Shown: positions 10,561 through 20,114 of the stretch, in pieces
Layout of the letters: each line of letters begins with the position of its first letter
Position numbering within the stretch: the stretch's first letter is position 1
Assembly: GCA_963748015.1 (NCBI GenBank)
Contig: CAVVHE010000009.1
Coordinates: 128,001 to 192,000, forward strand
From: Terriglobia bacterium
GTDB lineage: Bacteria > Acidobacteriota > Polarisedimenticolia > Polarisedimenticolales > JAIQFR01
Direction of reading: 5' to 3'
Length of the DNA: 64,000 nt
Notes under the pieces: generated by a model
What the model was told of the DNA's origin: nothing
The model's database searches: none
The model's input: the letters and a program-made list of their open reading frames with translations, nothing else
Position numbers and translations under genes: made by a program

Positions 10561-12069
10561 ATGACCAACCCCTACTGCGACGCATTGCGAATCGACGTAC
10601 CCGTTCTGGAGGAGGTCAAGGATCATCGGGACGCGAACACTTACTCCCTGCTCATCGTCGCCCTGCTGGAGCGTGGCGACGCGATGACACTCGCCGACGT
10701 TGCCCAGCGTTTCGCGGCTGCCGGCGTCGCCCCCTTCGAACGGGCGCTGCAATCACTCCAGCGCTGCAAACCCGCACGCGCGCCGGTGTACCGTGACGGC
10801 GAAACATACGCTCTCGATCCCCACGACGACGAGTTGGACCTCTGGGCGTTCAGGCTCGGTCTTCGCCCACCGAACGTGCCGACATTTTCGGTGGTTCCCG
10901 CCGTGTCCGAGCTTCCTGCGGGCGTGCACGAGCGCCTGAAGGTGGCCGAGCTCGACGAGGCCTGGCGTGGCGCGAGCCTCTGGGGTTGGTCGGCACAGCG
11001 CCTTGTGCTGGCAGTTCTCGATGCCCACGGCGGAGCGATGACGCCGGAAGAGGTCGTCGCTTTCGTCGGCGCGCTAAGCCGGTGGCACGGGGTAAAGCCC
11101 GATTCGGCGAAGTTCCGCAGGCCCCGTTCGACGATCCGCGTCCGCGACGACGGCCGGTGGGAGATCGGAGACGATCGGGAGGCGCTGCTCGCGGCGAGGA
11201 AGGCGGTGCGCGATCGGGTGCGGATCGTGAGGCGATGGGCAGCCACGCGGCCGGATCCCATCGTGATGGAGGCGAACCGCAAGGCGTTCGAGCGCCGGCG
11301 GGCCGCCCACGCCACGCACCTCGCGACGCTAAGTCGCGCGCTGTTGCGCGCGTTTCCACCAAGGGCACCCCAGGCAGTCGCACTGCTGGATGTCGGCAAG
11401 CGCGACATCCAGACGTTTCTCGCAGATGAGATCGAAGACGCGACGAAACGCATCGCTTCGTACGACATCATCGGTGCGGTGGACGTGCGCTCCGTGCTGA
11501 AAGCGCTCGGCGTGGACGCGGGCGATCGACGACTCGCGGAACTCGGACCACCCCAGAAATCGATGACACTCAACAAGCGTGGCCGGACGCTCAGGATCAC
11601 CACGGCCATGCTCATTCAAGGCTCGTGCGGGATCGCTCGACCGTTCGGTGAGGACGAAAAGCTCGAGACGTACCTGCGGAAGGGCCGGTCGACCCAGCTG
11701 CGACGCCGGCTGGAAGCCGATGCCAAGTCGCTGTTCTCCTTCTACGAGTACGGGCGCTTGCACGGCGCAGTCCGCCTGCGATGGGGCTTCCTCGACGAGA
11801 TGATTCCAGCGCCGTGGGTCCATCGCGACGAGCTCTGCTTTCATGACCTGAAACGTCAGGCACTCGAGCGCGGACAGCTGCTGGAAGTGGTGGCTGGAGG
11901 CGCTCCGGGATGGGCCGAGCCATGGGCGCGAGCGCAATACTGCCATGTGGAGCGAGACTCGAGCGGTTACGGGCTGCTGCTCGTGGATGTTGAAGGGTTC
12001 GAGGTGGACGACCGCGACGTCCAGCTTGTTCGTCTCGCCGCGGTGAATGGCGGAGTGGGTCCGACCTGA
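10561..12069 (+). CDS. Hypothetical protein (~502 aa)
   Basis: Long ORF with protein-like composition; no family recognised. Confidence 0.75.
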   Translation: MTNPYCDALRIDVPVLEEVKDHRDANTYSLLIVALLERGDAMTLADVAQRFAAAGVAPFERALQSLQRCKPARAPVYRDGETYALDPHDDELDLWAFRLGLRPPNVPTFSVVPAVSELPAGVHERLKVAELDEAWRGASLWGWSAQRLVLAVLDAHGGAMTPEEVVAFVGALSRWHGVKPDSAKFRRPRSTIRVRDDGRWEIGDDREALLAARKAVRDRVRIVRRWAATRPDPIVMEANRKAFERRRAAHATHLATLSRALLRAFPPRAPQAVALLDVGKRDIQTFLADEIEDATKRIASYDIIGAVDVRSVLKALGVDAGDRRLAELGPPQKSMTLNKRGRTLRITTAMLIQGSCGIARPFGEDEKLETYLRKGRSTQLRRRLEADAKSLFSFYEYGRLHGAVRLRWGFLDEMIPAPWVHRDELCFHDLKRQALERGQLLEVVAGGAPGWAEPWARAQYCHVERDSSGYGLLLVDVEGFEVDDRDVQLVRLAAVNGGVGPT

Positions 12070-12162
12070 CAACTGGCGGATCTGCGCGACCCACTGCTAC
12101 CGCGCCCTCTGGGGACCCTCACGACCTCCTTTCAGCTCCTGGCGTCCCGGAAACCGCCGTCC

Positions 12163-12214
12163 TTGCCTTCGAAGCGAATCGGCGCCATAATCGCTTCACC
12201 AAGTGACGCGATTA
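12163..12214 (+). promoter_or_regulatory. Sigma70-like promoter overlapped by inverted repeats, upstream of the Fic gene
   Basis: TTGCCT-17 bp-CATAAT; TAATCGCTTCAC-caa-GTGACGCGATTA inverted repeat (12188-12214). Confidence 0.55.
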
Positions 12215-12223
12215 GAGGGCGCA

Positions 12224-13342
12224 ATGCCTCAGTGGATCTGGCAGAACAGGCGCTGGCCCCGGTTCTCCTGGGACGAGGCGACGATCGCGGCGCCGCTGGC
12301 CCGGGCGAGGCTCGCCCAGGGCAGGGTGCTGGGCGCGGTAGGGATCCTCGACCCGACCCTGACCAACGAGGCCGTCGCCGCAGTCCTCGTCGGCGAGGGA
12401 CTCGCCACGAGCGCCATCGAGGGCGAGCGGCTAGACGTGAAGGCGGTCAGGTCCTCGGTGGCGCGGCACCTGGGACTGCCGTCGGCGGGGCTCGCTGCTC
12501 GTTCGCGGTCGGTCGACGGTCTCGTCGAAGTGCTGCTCGATGCGACCCGGAGCCAGCGAACCCCGTTGACTGTCGAGCGGCTCTGCCGCTGGCAAGCGGC
12601 ACTGTTCCCCACGGGTCAGTCCGGTCTGCGTCGGATTCGGACCGGAGCCCTACGGGGCGAGGATCCGATGCAGGTGGTGTCGCAACACGCCGGCCGCGAG
12701 CGGGTCCACTTCGTCGCTCCACCGCGGAATCGATTGGAACGCGAGCTGTGCCGCTTCCTCGACTGGTTCGCCGAGCCCCCCTCATCTCTCGACGGATTGC
12801 TGCGAGCCGGGCTGACTCACCTCTGGTTCGTAACCTTGCATCCGTTCGAAGACGGAAACGGCCGGATCGCGCGGGCGCTGACCGACATGGCCCTCGCCCA
12901 GGACGAGCGCCAGACCCAGCGGTTCTTCAGCCTGTCCGCTCGGATCGAGCAGGAGCGAAAAGCCTACTACGAGGTGCTGGAAAGGACTCAGCGCGGGGAT
13001 CTCGACGTCACCCCCTGGCTTTCATGGTTTCTCGAACAGACCGCGGCCGCCTGCGAAACCGCGGAGACCACGGTCTCGCGGGTGCTGGTCAAGGCCCGCT
13101 TCTGGCTGCGGCACCAGGGAACGAGTCTCAACGATCGGCAGCGCAAGGTTCTGAACCGCCTGCTCGACGCGGGACCGGGCGGTTTCGAGGGAGGCATCAC
13201 GACGCGGAAGTACTCGAGCCTCACCCGGGTCAGCCGCGCCACCGCCTACCGCGAGTTGGCGGACCTCATGGCAAAGGGATGCCTCGACCCTGTTGGAGGA
13301 GGCGGGCGCAGCCACGCATACGCGATTCGTTGGGATCTCTGA
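12224..13342 (+). CDS. Fic family protein with DUF4172-like N-terminus and C-terminal wHTH
   Basis: WIWQ..WP.F.WD N-terminus; canonical HPFEDGNGRIAR motif; SRATAYREL..GGGRS end. Confidence 0.93.
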   Translation: MPQWIWQNRRWPRFSWDEATIAAPLARARLAQGRVLGAVGILDPTLTNEAVAAVLVGEGLATSAIEGERLDVKAVRSSVARHLGLPSAGLAARSRSVDGLVEVLLDATRSQRTPLTVERLCRWQAALFPTGQSGLRRIRTGALRGEDPMQVVSQHAGRERVHFVAPPRNRLERELCRFLDWFAEPPSSLDGLLRAGLTHLWFVTLHPFEDGNGRIARALTDMALAQDERQTQRFFSLSARIEQERKAYYEVLERTQRGDLDVTPWLSWFLEQTAAACETAETTVSRVLVKARFWLRHQGTSLNDRQRKVLNRLLDAGPGGFEGGITTRKYSSLTRVSRATAYRELADLMAKGCLDPVGGGGRSHAYAIRWDL

Positions 13343-13441
13343 TCAGAACCTCTCGTGGTGCGCGGCGCGGGGACGGCAACTCCTGGCACCGATCCGCGTT
13401 CGGTCCGAACCGGCGTTCTCAGAAAGCGGCCGCCGCGACGG

Positions 13442-13599
13442 AACTCTACGCAAAGTCTACGCAACAGCATGGAAACGGTGGACACCGGTGGAAGCGGTGG
13501 ACAAGAAAACGGGCGCCGTCTCCGAAAAAGCTGGAAACGGCACCCTCGAAATTTTCCCTCATAATCCGCTGGTCCCAGGTTCGAGTCCTGGTGGGGGCA
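13442..13599 (+). repeat. att-like junction 2: left arm plus intact tRNA 3'-half copy
   Basis: AACTCTACGCA-AAGTCTACGCA (13442-13463), conserved arm, then 13558-13598 identical to tRNA 10000-10040. Confidence 0.92.
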
Positions 13600-13793
13600 T
13601 TCAATTCGACCGAGCCGAGTTGAGCTCAAATACCAGCAGTGATGAACACTCACGCGCTGGGATCCGCGATCGCCGCACGCTCTTACACAGCCCACTTCGC
13701 GCTTCCCCAAACCCCCAAGCCGGCGTATACGCTACTCAGCAGAACTACCGGAGGGCATTTCGCGCCCGCTCGAGCCGAGGTAGGCTGTCGCCC

Positions 13794-15788
13794 GTGAGCA
13801 CCTTCGGTTCTCGTCAGTCCGCGTACTACGCGGCGCCCATCGGGGAGTTCGTCGCGGCGGATACGGCCGCGATCCTGGGTCGGCTCGTCGAAGCGACCGC
13901 CCACGATCTCGAAGCGGAGCAGAAAGGCGCCTGGGAGGACGAGATCCGGATCCTCCGGAGCGCGCTGGCCGGGCTTCCCGGCTCGATCCATCTCGAGTTC
14001 GATGTGCCGCGGCTGGGGAGCCGCATCGACGCGGTCGTCGTCTCGGGTCCCGCGATCTTCCCGCTCGAGTTCAAGTGCGGCGAGCGCGCCTATCAGCGCG
14101 CGCACCTCGAGCAGGTGTGGGACTACGCGCTCGACCTGAAGAACTTCCACCGGGCCAGCCACCACGCGCCGATCTTTCCCGTCCTGATCGCGACCGACGC
14201 CCCGCCGGGCGACGGGACGTGGGGGCCGCCGCACGCGGACGGCGTCCGGCCGCCGCTCCGGTGCAACGCCGCGTCCCTCCGAGACGCGCTGACGCAAGGC
14301 CTCTCGCTCGCGAGCGGCTCGGGCGCCGAGATCGACGGCGCGACGTGGGGCGCAGCGCCGTACCATCCGACGCCGACCATCATCGAGGCCGCGCGAGAGC
14401 TCTACGCGAGGCACTCCGTGGAGGCGATCTCCCGGAACGACGCCGGGGCGAAGAACCTCAGCGTGACGTCCGCAGGCGTCGAGGACATCATCGAGCGATC
14501 CCGCGCCGAGGGTCGGAAGTCCATCGTCTTCGTCACCGGGGTGCCCGGCGCGGGCAAGACGCTCGTCGGGCTGAACGTCGCCACGCGGCGTCGCGAGCTC
14601 GGCGAAGCCCGCGCGGTCTTCCTCTCGGGGAACGGCCCGCTCGTGGCTGTTCTTCAGGAGGCGCTGACGCGCGACGAGTACGTTCGCACGGGACGCAAGG
14701 AGCGCAAGGGCGCGATCCGCCAGAAGGTGAAGCCGTTCATCCAGAACGTGCATCACTTCCGGGACGACGGGGTGCGCCGTCCGGACGCGCCGCCGTTCGA
14801 CCACGTCGTGATCTTCGATGAGGCGCAGCGCGCGTGGAATCGCGAGAAGACGTCCGATTTCATGAAGCGCCGCAAGAAGATCCGCGACTTCGATCGGTCC
14901 GAGCCAGAGTTCCTGATCTCCTACCTCGACCGGCACGAGAGGTGGGCGGTCGTCATCTGCCTCGTCGGCGGAGGGCAGGAGATTCACACCGGCGAGGCGG
15001 GCATCGGCGCGTGGCTCGACGCCGTGCGCGCTTCGTTCCCGCATTGGGGCGTCTGGGTGTCGCCGGACCTGACCGACTCGGAGTACGCGGCCGGCCACGC
15101 GCTGGACGCCTTCGCCGGCGACGAGAGCATCGTTCTCCACCGCGACCCGCGTTTGCACCTCGCCTCGTCCATGCGCTCCTTCCGGTCGGAGAAGGTCTCC
15201 GCGTTCGTGAAGGCGCTTCTCGACTGCGACGTCGACAACGCCCGTGCGCTGCTGGCCGACGTCGCGCGCCGCTACCCGATCGCCGTGACGCGCGACCTTG
15301 CGCGCGCGAAGCGTTGGATTCGAGAGCACGCGCGAGGCTCCGAGCGCTACGGCCTCGTCGCGTCTTCGCAGGCGCAGCGCCTGAAGCCCCACGCGATCGA
15401 CGTCCGCGTCAACGTGGATCCTGTTCACTGGTTCCTCGACGACCGTCACGACACGCGTTCGAGCTACTACCTCGAGGACGCCGCGACCGAATTCCAGGTG
15501 CAGGGGCTCGAGCTCGACTGGATCGGCGTGACGTGGGACGCCGACCTCCGGCTCGAGGCGCCCCGCGCATGGCGGCATCACTCTTTTCGAGGGGATGCCT
15601 GGCAGCAGATCCGGAAGGCGGAGCGAAAGCAGTACCTGCTCAACGCGTACCGGGTCCTGCTCACCCGAGCGCGGCAGGGCATGATCCTCTTCGTGCCGGC
15701 GGGCGACGAGACCGATCCGACGCGACTCCCCGAGTTCTACGACCCCACCTTCGAGTACCTGCGGGGATTGGGCATGGAAACGATCTGA
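13794..15788 (+). CDS. DUF2075-type (Schlafen group 3-like) DNA/RNA helicase with N-terminal nuclease-like domain
   Basis: RIDAVV..LEFK nuclease-like motif; GVPGAGKT; FDEAQR; TEFQVQGLELD; NAYRVLLTRAR. Confidence 0.85.
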   Translation: MSTFGSRQSAYYAAPIGEFVAADTAAILGRLVEATAHDLEAEQKGAWEDEIRILRSALAGLPGSIHLEFDVPRLGSRIDAVVVSGPAIFPLEFKCGERAYQRAHLEQVWDYALDLKNFHRASHHAPIFPVLIATDAPPGDGTWGPPHADGVRPPLRCNAASLRDALTQGLSLASGSGAEIDGATWGAAPYHPTPTIIEAARELYARHSVEAISRNDAGAKNLSVTSAGVEDIIERSRAEGRKSIVFVTGVPGAGKTLVGLNVATRRRELGEARAVFLSGNGPLVAVLQEALTRDEYVRTGRKERKGAIRQKVKPFIQNVHHFRDDGVRRPDAPPFDHVVIFDEAQRAWNREKTSDFMKRRKKIRDFDRSEPEFLISYLDRHERWAVVICLVGGGQEIHTGEAGIGAWLDAVRASFPHWGVWVSPDLTDSEYAAGHALDAFAGDESIVLHRDPRLHLASSMRSFRSEKVSAFVKALLDCDVDNARALLADVARRYPIAVTRDLARAKRWIREHARGSERYGLVASSQAQRLKPHAIDVRVNVDPVHWFLDDRHDTRSSYYLEDAATEFQVQGLELDWIGVTWDADLRLEAPRAWRHHSFRGDAWQQIRKAERKQYLLNAYRVLLTRARQGMILFVPAGDETDPTRLPEFYDPTFEYLRGLGMETI

Positions 15789-15952
15789 GGGCCGACCGGC
15801 GGCTTCCGCGCGTCGAGCTTCCCTTCCTCCCGTGTGACGCTCGTGCTCGATCTACTCATCGCGCGACGCGAACGTCCCGAAGTCCTGCAACTCGACCTCC
15901 GGATCCCGCGCCGCCGCGTTCGACAAGCCGCGGCATCCCCGACAGACGAACT

Positions 15953-15983
15953 TGAAATGTGAGCGATAATCGCTCAGATTTCA
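15953..15983. promoter_or_regulatory. 31-bp near-perfect palindrome (operator-like) before the AAA gene
   Basis: TGAAATgTGAGCGAT-a-ATCGCTCAgATTTCA. Confidence 0.6.
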
Positions 15984-15987
15984 TGGT

Positions 15988-17160
15988 ATGATCTCCCTCG
16001 TGATCGAGCGCGGAGAACACCTTCAGCGACTTCGCAGCCTGACCCGGCAATTCCCGGTCGTCGGGATCCTGGGCGCGCGCCAGGTGGGCAAGACGACCCT
16101 CGCCCGGCAGCTCGTCGAGTCGCATCGCGGGCCCGTGACCTACTTCGACCTGGAAAGCGCCGAGGACCTGGCGCGGATCGCGGATCCGATGCTCGCCCTC
16201 CGGCCGCTCACGGGACTGATCGTGCTGGACGAGGTGCAGAGACGTCCCGATCTCTTCACGCAGCTGCGCGTTCTCGTGGACGAGCCGAGGACCCACCGCA
16301 AGTTTCTGGTGCTCGGGAGCGCGTCGCCCGATCTGCTGCGACAGACCTCGGAGACCCTCGCTGGACGGATCGCGTACCACGAGCTGGGCGGCTTCGCTCT
16401 CGAGGAAGTCGGCTCACGGCAGTGGTCCAAGCTGTGGCGTCGAGGCGGGTTCCCGCGGTCGTTCCTGGCGCGGTCCGAGTCCGAGAGCCTGGAGTGGCGC
16501 AAGGCCATGATCCGGACATTTCTCGAGCGTGACATCCCGGCGTTGGGCCTGCGGCTTCCCGCGGTCACGCTCCGCAGGTTCTGGATGATGCTCGCCCACT
16601 ACCACGCACAGGTGTGGAACGCTTCCGAGTTCGCCCGCTCGTTCGGGGTCGCCCACACGACGGTGCAACGCTACCTCGATCTGCTCGGCGCGACCTTCAT
16701 GGTCCGGCAGTTACCCGCCTGGCACGAGAACATCGGCAAGCGGCAGGTCAAGGCACCGAAGGTCTACCTCAGAGACAGCGGATTGCTTCACGCTCTTCTC
16801 GATCTCGGCAGCGGCGATGCCGTCGAGTCGCACCCGAAGGTCGGCGCCTCGTGGGAGGGTTTCGCACTCGATGCGGTCGTGACGCGACTCGGGGCCCAAC
16901 CGGAGGAGTGCCATTTCTGGGCGGCCCATTCCGGCGCCGAGCTCGATCTGCTCATCGTTCGGGGCAACGCGCGGCTCGGATTCGAGTTCAAGAGGACCAC
17001 GGCGCCGGCGACCACGCGCTCGATGCATGTCGCCCTCGAGGACCTCCGACTGTCGCGGATCGACGTCGTCCATGCCGGATCGCGTTCCTTCCCGATGCAC
17101 CCGAAGATCCGTGCGATCGCGCTGAGCCGGCTGCTCGAGGACTTAGAGCCGCTGAGGTAG
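15988..17160 (+). CDS. AAA_14-type ATPase with DUF4143 and C-terminal PD-(D/E)xK-like domain
   Basis: GARQVGKTT, LDEVQ, LGSAS, RGGFP, KAPKVYLRDSGL, ELDL..FEFK. Confidence 0.9.
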   Translation: MISLVIERGEHLQRLRSLTRQFPVVGILGARQVGKTTLARQLVESHRGPVTYFDLESAEDLARIADPMLALRPLTGLIVLDEVQRRPDLFTQLRVLVDEPRTHRKFLVLGSASPDLLRQTSETLAGRIAYHELGGFALEEVGSRQWSKLWRRGGFPRSFLARSESESLEWRKAMIRTFLERDIPALGLRLPAVTLRRFWMMLAHYHAQVWNASEFARSFGVAHTTVQRYLDLLGATFMVRQLPAWHENIGKRQVKAPKVYLRDSGLLHALLDLGSGDAVESHPKVGASWEGFALDAVVTRLGAQPEECHFWAAHSGAELDLLIVRGNARLGFEFKRTTAPATTRSMHVALEDLRLSRIDVVHAGSRSFPMHPKIRAIALSRLLEDLEPLR

Positions 17161-17180
17161 CAGACGGTCGGCGCCGACCG

Positions 17181-17596
17181 AACTCTACGCAAAGTCTACG
17201 CAACAGCATGGAAACGGTGGACACCGGTGGAAGCGGTGGACAAGAAAACGGGCGCCGTTTCCGAAAAAGCTTGAAACGGCGCCCTCGAAATTTTCCCTCA
17301 TGATCCGCTGGTCCCAGGTTAGCTCGCTTCGCTCGCTGACCGGAGGGGAGGCTGGTTTCCCTTGAGGCGTTCGCCTTCGGCGAACGCTCTTGCCGGTTCG
17401 AGTCCTGGTGGGGGCATTGCTCGCAATTCTCAGTGCGTGCGGCACTTAGCGACGAACGCATCGGCCTCGTTCGAGGCAGACCAGCGGATTTTCGGTCCGC
17501 TGGTCGCGGCGTCTACACTGGCGCAACTCACGGAGCAACGGCCACTTCGACTGCTGACGCATCGTGGCGCGCGATGCGTGGAGTTTGCGTAGAGTC
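17181..17596 (+). repeat. att-like junction 3: left arm, interrupted tRNA 3'-half, right arm
   Basis: Left arm differs from junction 2 at about 3 positions; core 17297-17416 with a 78-bp insert; palindrome 17479-17505; inverted arms 17575-17596. Confidence 0.9.
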
Positions 17597-17719
17597 GGAA
17601 GGATACGGTCCTGCCGAAGTCGGCGACCGGCCTTTCGGACTTCCTCGGCGAGACGCTGGAGGGCTCAGAGATTGGCCCGTCCCTGCGCGGGGCACACTCC
17701 CGGATTCGGCAGTCGGACC

Positions 17720-19411
17720 TCACTTCGGTGCGGCCTGCGTTCTCACGCACAAGCACGACGACCCGATCGGCTTGTCGGCGCGTGCCCAGGCCTGGTCGAA
17801 GCGCGTCTGCACCTGCGCCGCCTCGTCCCTCTTCTGCTGCGCCGCGAGCGCCTTCGCCAGGCCCGACAGCGACCAGCCGTTCTCGGGATAGCGAACGAGG
17901 TCCGCGCGATAGACTGCCTCGGCCGCTTCAGGGCGCTTCGCCTCGAGAAGCACCGCGCCGAGCGCGTGGCGCGAGGGCGTCGTCCAGGGCGGCGGGTCGT
18001 CGAACTTCAACCCGTCCTCGAGTTTCACCGCCTCGCCGAGCAGCCGAGCGGCCTCGTCGAGCTTCCCGCGGCGATATGCGATCTCGCCATCGAGATACGG
18101 CACCGCGGGAGCCATCACGGTGCTCGCGAAGTTCGAGCCGAAGTACGCGTCCTTCGGGATCTTCGGCAGCGCGTCGTGGAAGGCCGCGCGCTCCTTGGCC
18201 GCGTCGTCGAGCCGGTCCATCGCGGCGAACGCGATGCCGCGCGCGAAGTGCGAGAACGCGGTCGCAATCGGGAACTCCGGCAGCGGTAGCGGCGTGTCGA
18301 CGATCTCCTGCCAGCGGCCGAAGCGCTTGCGCGCCTCGAGTCCGACGGTGAGGAACGCGTCCATGAACAGCGGGTTCTCGCGCACCTTCTCCGGTGGCAT
18401 GCTGGCGAGGATCTCGTCCATGCGCGCGATCGCTTCCTTCTCGCGCCCCTGCATCATCGCGGTGTAGCCGAGGAAGTGGACGTTGTGCGCCATGTACAGC
18501 GCGTAGAAGCCGATCTTCGGCTTGCGCGCAAGGTAGCGCTGGTCGGCCGCGATCGCGCGCTCGTTCGTCTCGGCCGCAGCGGTCCAGCGGCCGAGCCGCG
18601 CGTCGATGTGCGCCGGCATGTGGATCATGTGGCTCGCGTCGGGGACGAGCGTGCGCAGGCGATCTGCTGCCTCGGCCGCGCGCTGCGGCTGGTGAGACGC
18701 CTCGAACGCGTGGATCCAGAGGTGCAGCGCACCGGGATGGTCGGGCCGCAACCGCAGCGCATCGGAAAGCGCGGCGATCACATCCTCGGTCCCGTCCTTC
18801 GGATGGCCCTGCGCGTCCCACTGGTCCCACGGGTGCAGGTCCAGCATCGCCTCGGCGTGTAGTGTCGCGACGTCCGCGTCGTTCGGAAAGCGCTTGTGGA
18901 CGTCTCCCATCGCTCGCGCGTACGCGACGTCGAGCGGAGCGCGGTCGGCCGGCTGCGGCATCGCGTAACGCGCGCCGAGGGCATCGATCAACGCACGCTC
19001 GACTTCGCTCGCGCCCTTCGCGTGTTCGCGCGCCTTCTCGAGCGCCTCCCACGCAGTCTTCGCGTGCGCCTCGTCGACGAACGGGTTGTTGAAATGGGGC
19101 CCGTTGACCAGCGCGATCCCCCAGTACGCCATCGCGAGGTTCGGGTCGAGTCGCGCCGCCTCTTCGAAAGCACGCTGTGCCTCATCGTGGTTGAAGGCAA
19201 AGGCCCAGATGAGCCCCTGGTCGAACGCGCGCTGCGCCTCGGGCGACGACGTCGACACAGGGCGGTGATGCGTGCCGAGATCGAACGGCTTCCAGGTCGT
19301 CGCCGACGCGGACGCAGCCGGTGCGGCGCTCGCAGCTGGCGGTCCGTCGGAATGTCCGCAGGCGGCAGACAGGACGCACGACATGAGCAGCACGAGCAGG
19401 CGAACGCGCAT
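17720..19411 (-). CDS. TPR-repeat putative lipoprotein
   Basis: Lipobox-like LSAAC; helical repeats; FDQG..FNHDEA, HPGALH, HMPAHI, PENGWSL motifs. Confidence 0.8.
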   Translation of the reverse strand: MRVRLLVLLMSCVLSAACGHSDGPPAASAAPAASASATTWKPFDLGTHHRPVSTSSPEAQRAFDQGLIWAFAFNHDEAQRAFEEAARLDPNLAMAYWGIALVNGPHFNNPFVDEAHAKTAWEALEKAREHAKGASEVERALIDALGARYAMPQPADRAPLDVAYARAMGDVHKRFPNDADVATLHAEAMLDLHPWDQWDAQGHPKDGTEDVIAALSDALRLRPDHPGALHLWIHAFEASHQPQRAAEAADRLRTLVPDASHMIHMPAHIDARLGRWTAAAETNERAIAADQRYLARKPKIGFYALYMAHNVHFLGYTAMMQGREKEAIARMDEILASMPPEKVRENPLFMDAFLTVGLEARKRFGRWQEIVDTPLPLPEFPIATAFSHFARGIAFAAMDRLDDAAKERAAFHDALPKIPKDAYFGSNFASTVMAPAVPYLDGEIAYRRGKLDEAARLLGEAVKLEDGLKFDDPPPWTTPSRHALGAVLLEAKRPEAAEAVYRADLVRYPENGWSLSGLAKALAAQQKRDEAAQVQTRFDQAWARADKPIGSSCLCVRTQAAPK

Positions 19412-19825
19412 CACGCACCTCCGACGGGTAGCCGCCGTAAGAAGAGCCTCGGCTCCCACCCCCGAGTACTTCCGGACCCGCGAGGGTCCTGTACGGCGCA
19501 TTGGGTGACGTTCCTCGGGCCCCGAACCCAGCCGCCCCCCCCGGCGAGCATACCCCCTGGAATCGCCTTCAGCGAACACGGACAGCCGAGCGGGCGCGCC
19601 AGCACCCACCCGGAACGCACGGCGCGTGAGTTCCGTCCACGAGGAGGTCCTCGAAGAGCTTGCATGTAGACGACGGTGCGCTCGGGTGGGCGGGGCCGGT
19701 AGACGCCCGGGACTCGTCGAGGGGCATGCCTCCGGAACCGGAGGAGGCGAGGTGGAACGCGAATCGTAGGTCGCGATGCAGGCATGCTCGCGAGGACGAG
19801 GCGCCGGGGTCGCGGTGTGGCACCG

Positions 19826-20063
19826 AGCTCTACGCAAAGTCTGCGCACCAGCATGGAAACGGTGCACACTGGTGGAAGCTGCGGACAAGAAAACGGGCGC
19901 CGTTTCCGAGAAAGCTCGAATCGGCGCCCTCGAAAAGTCCCCCTATGATCCGCTGGTCCCAGGTTACTCGCCCTTCGGGCTCGTGACCGGAGAGGAGGCT
20001 GGCTTCTATTGAGGCGTTCGCCTCCGGCGAACGCTCTCGCCGGTTCGAGTCCTGGTGGAGGCA
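19826..20063 (+). repeat. att-like junction 4: diverged left arm plus interrupted tRNA 3'-half
   Basis: AGCTCTACGCA-AAGTCTGCGCA (19826-19847); core 19942-20063 with an 80-bp insert. Confidence 0.88.
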
Positions 20064-20114
20064 TTCAGCTCTACGGGTCCGAAATCAACCGTAAGTGATG
20101 ACGATCCAGGCCTC

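Noticed and set aside
13293..13793. N-terminal extension of the 831-aa ORF, and short ORFs across the att arms
   Set aside because: They read through non-coding repeat sequence; the plausible start is GTG 13794.
17297..20063. Intron-containing or additional functional tRNA genes
   Set aside because: These copies lack the tRNA 5' half (acceptor 5' strand and D-arm) and have mutated anticodon loops.
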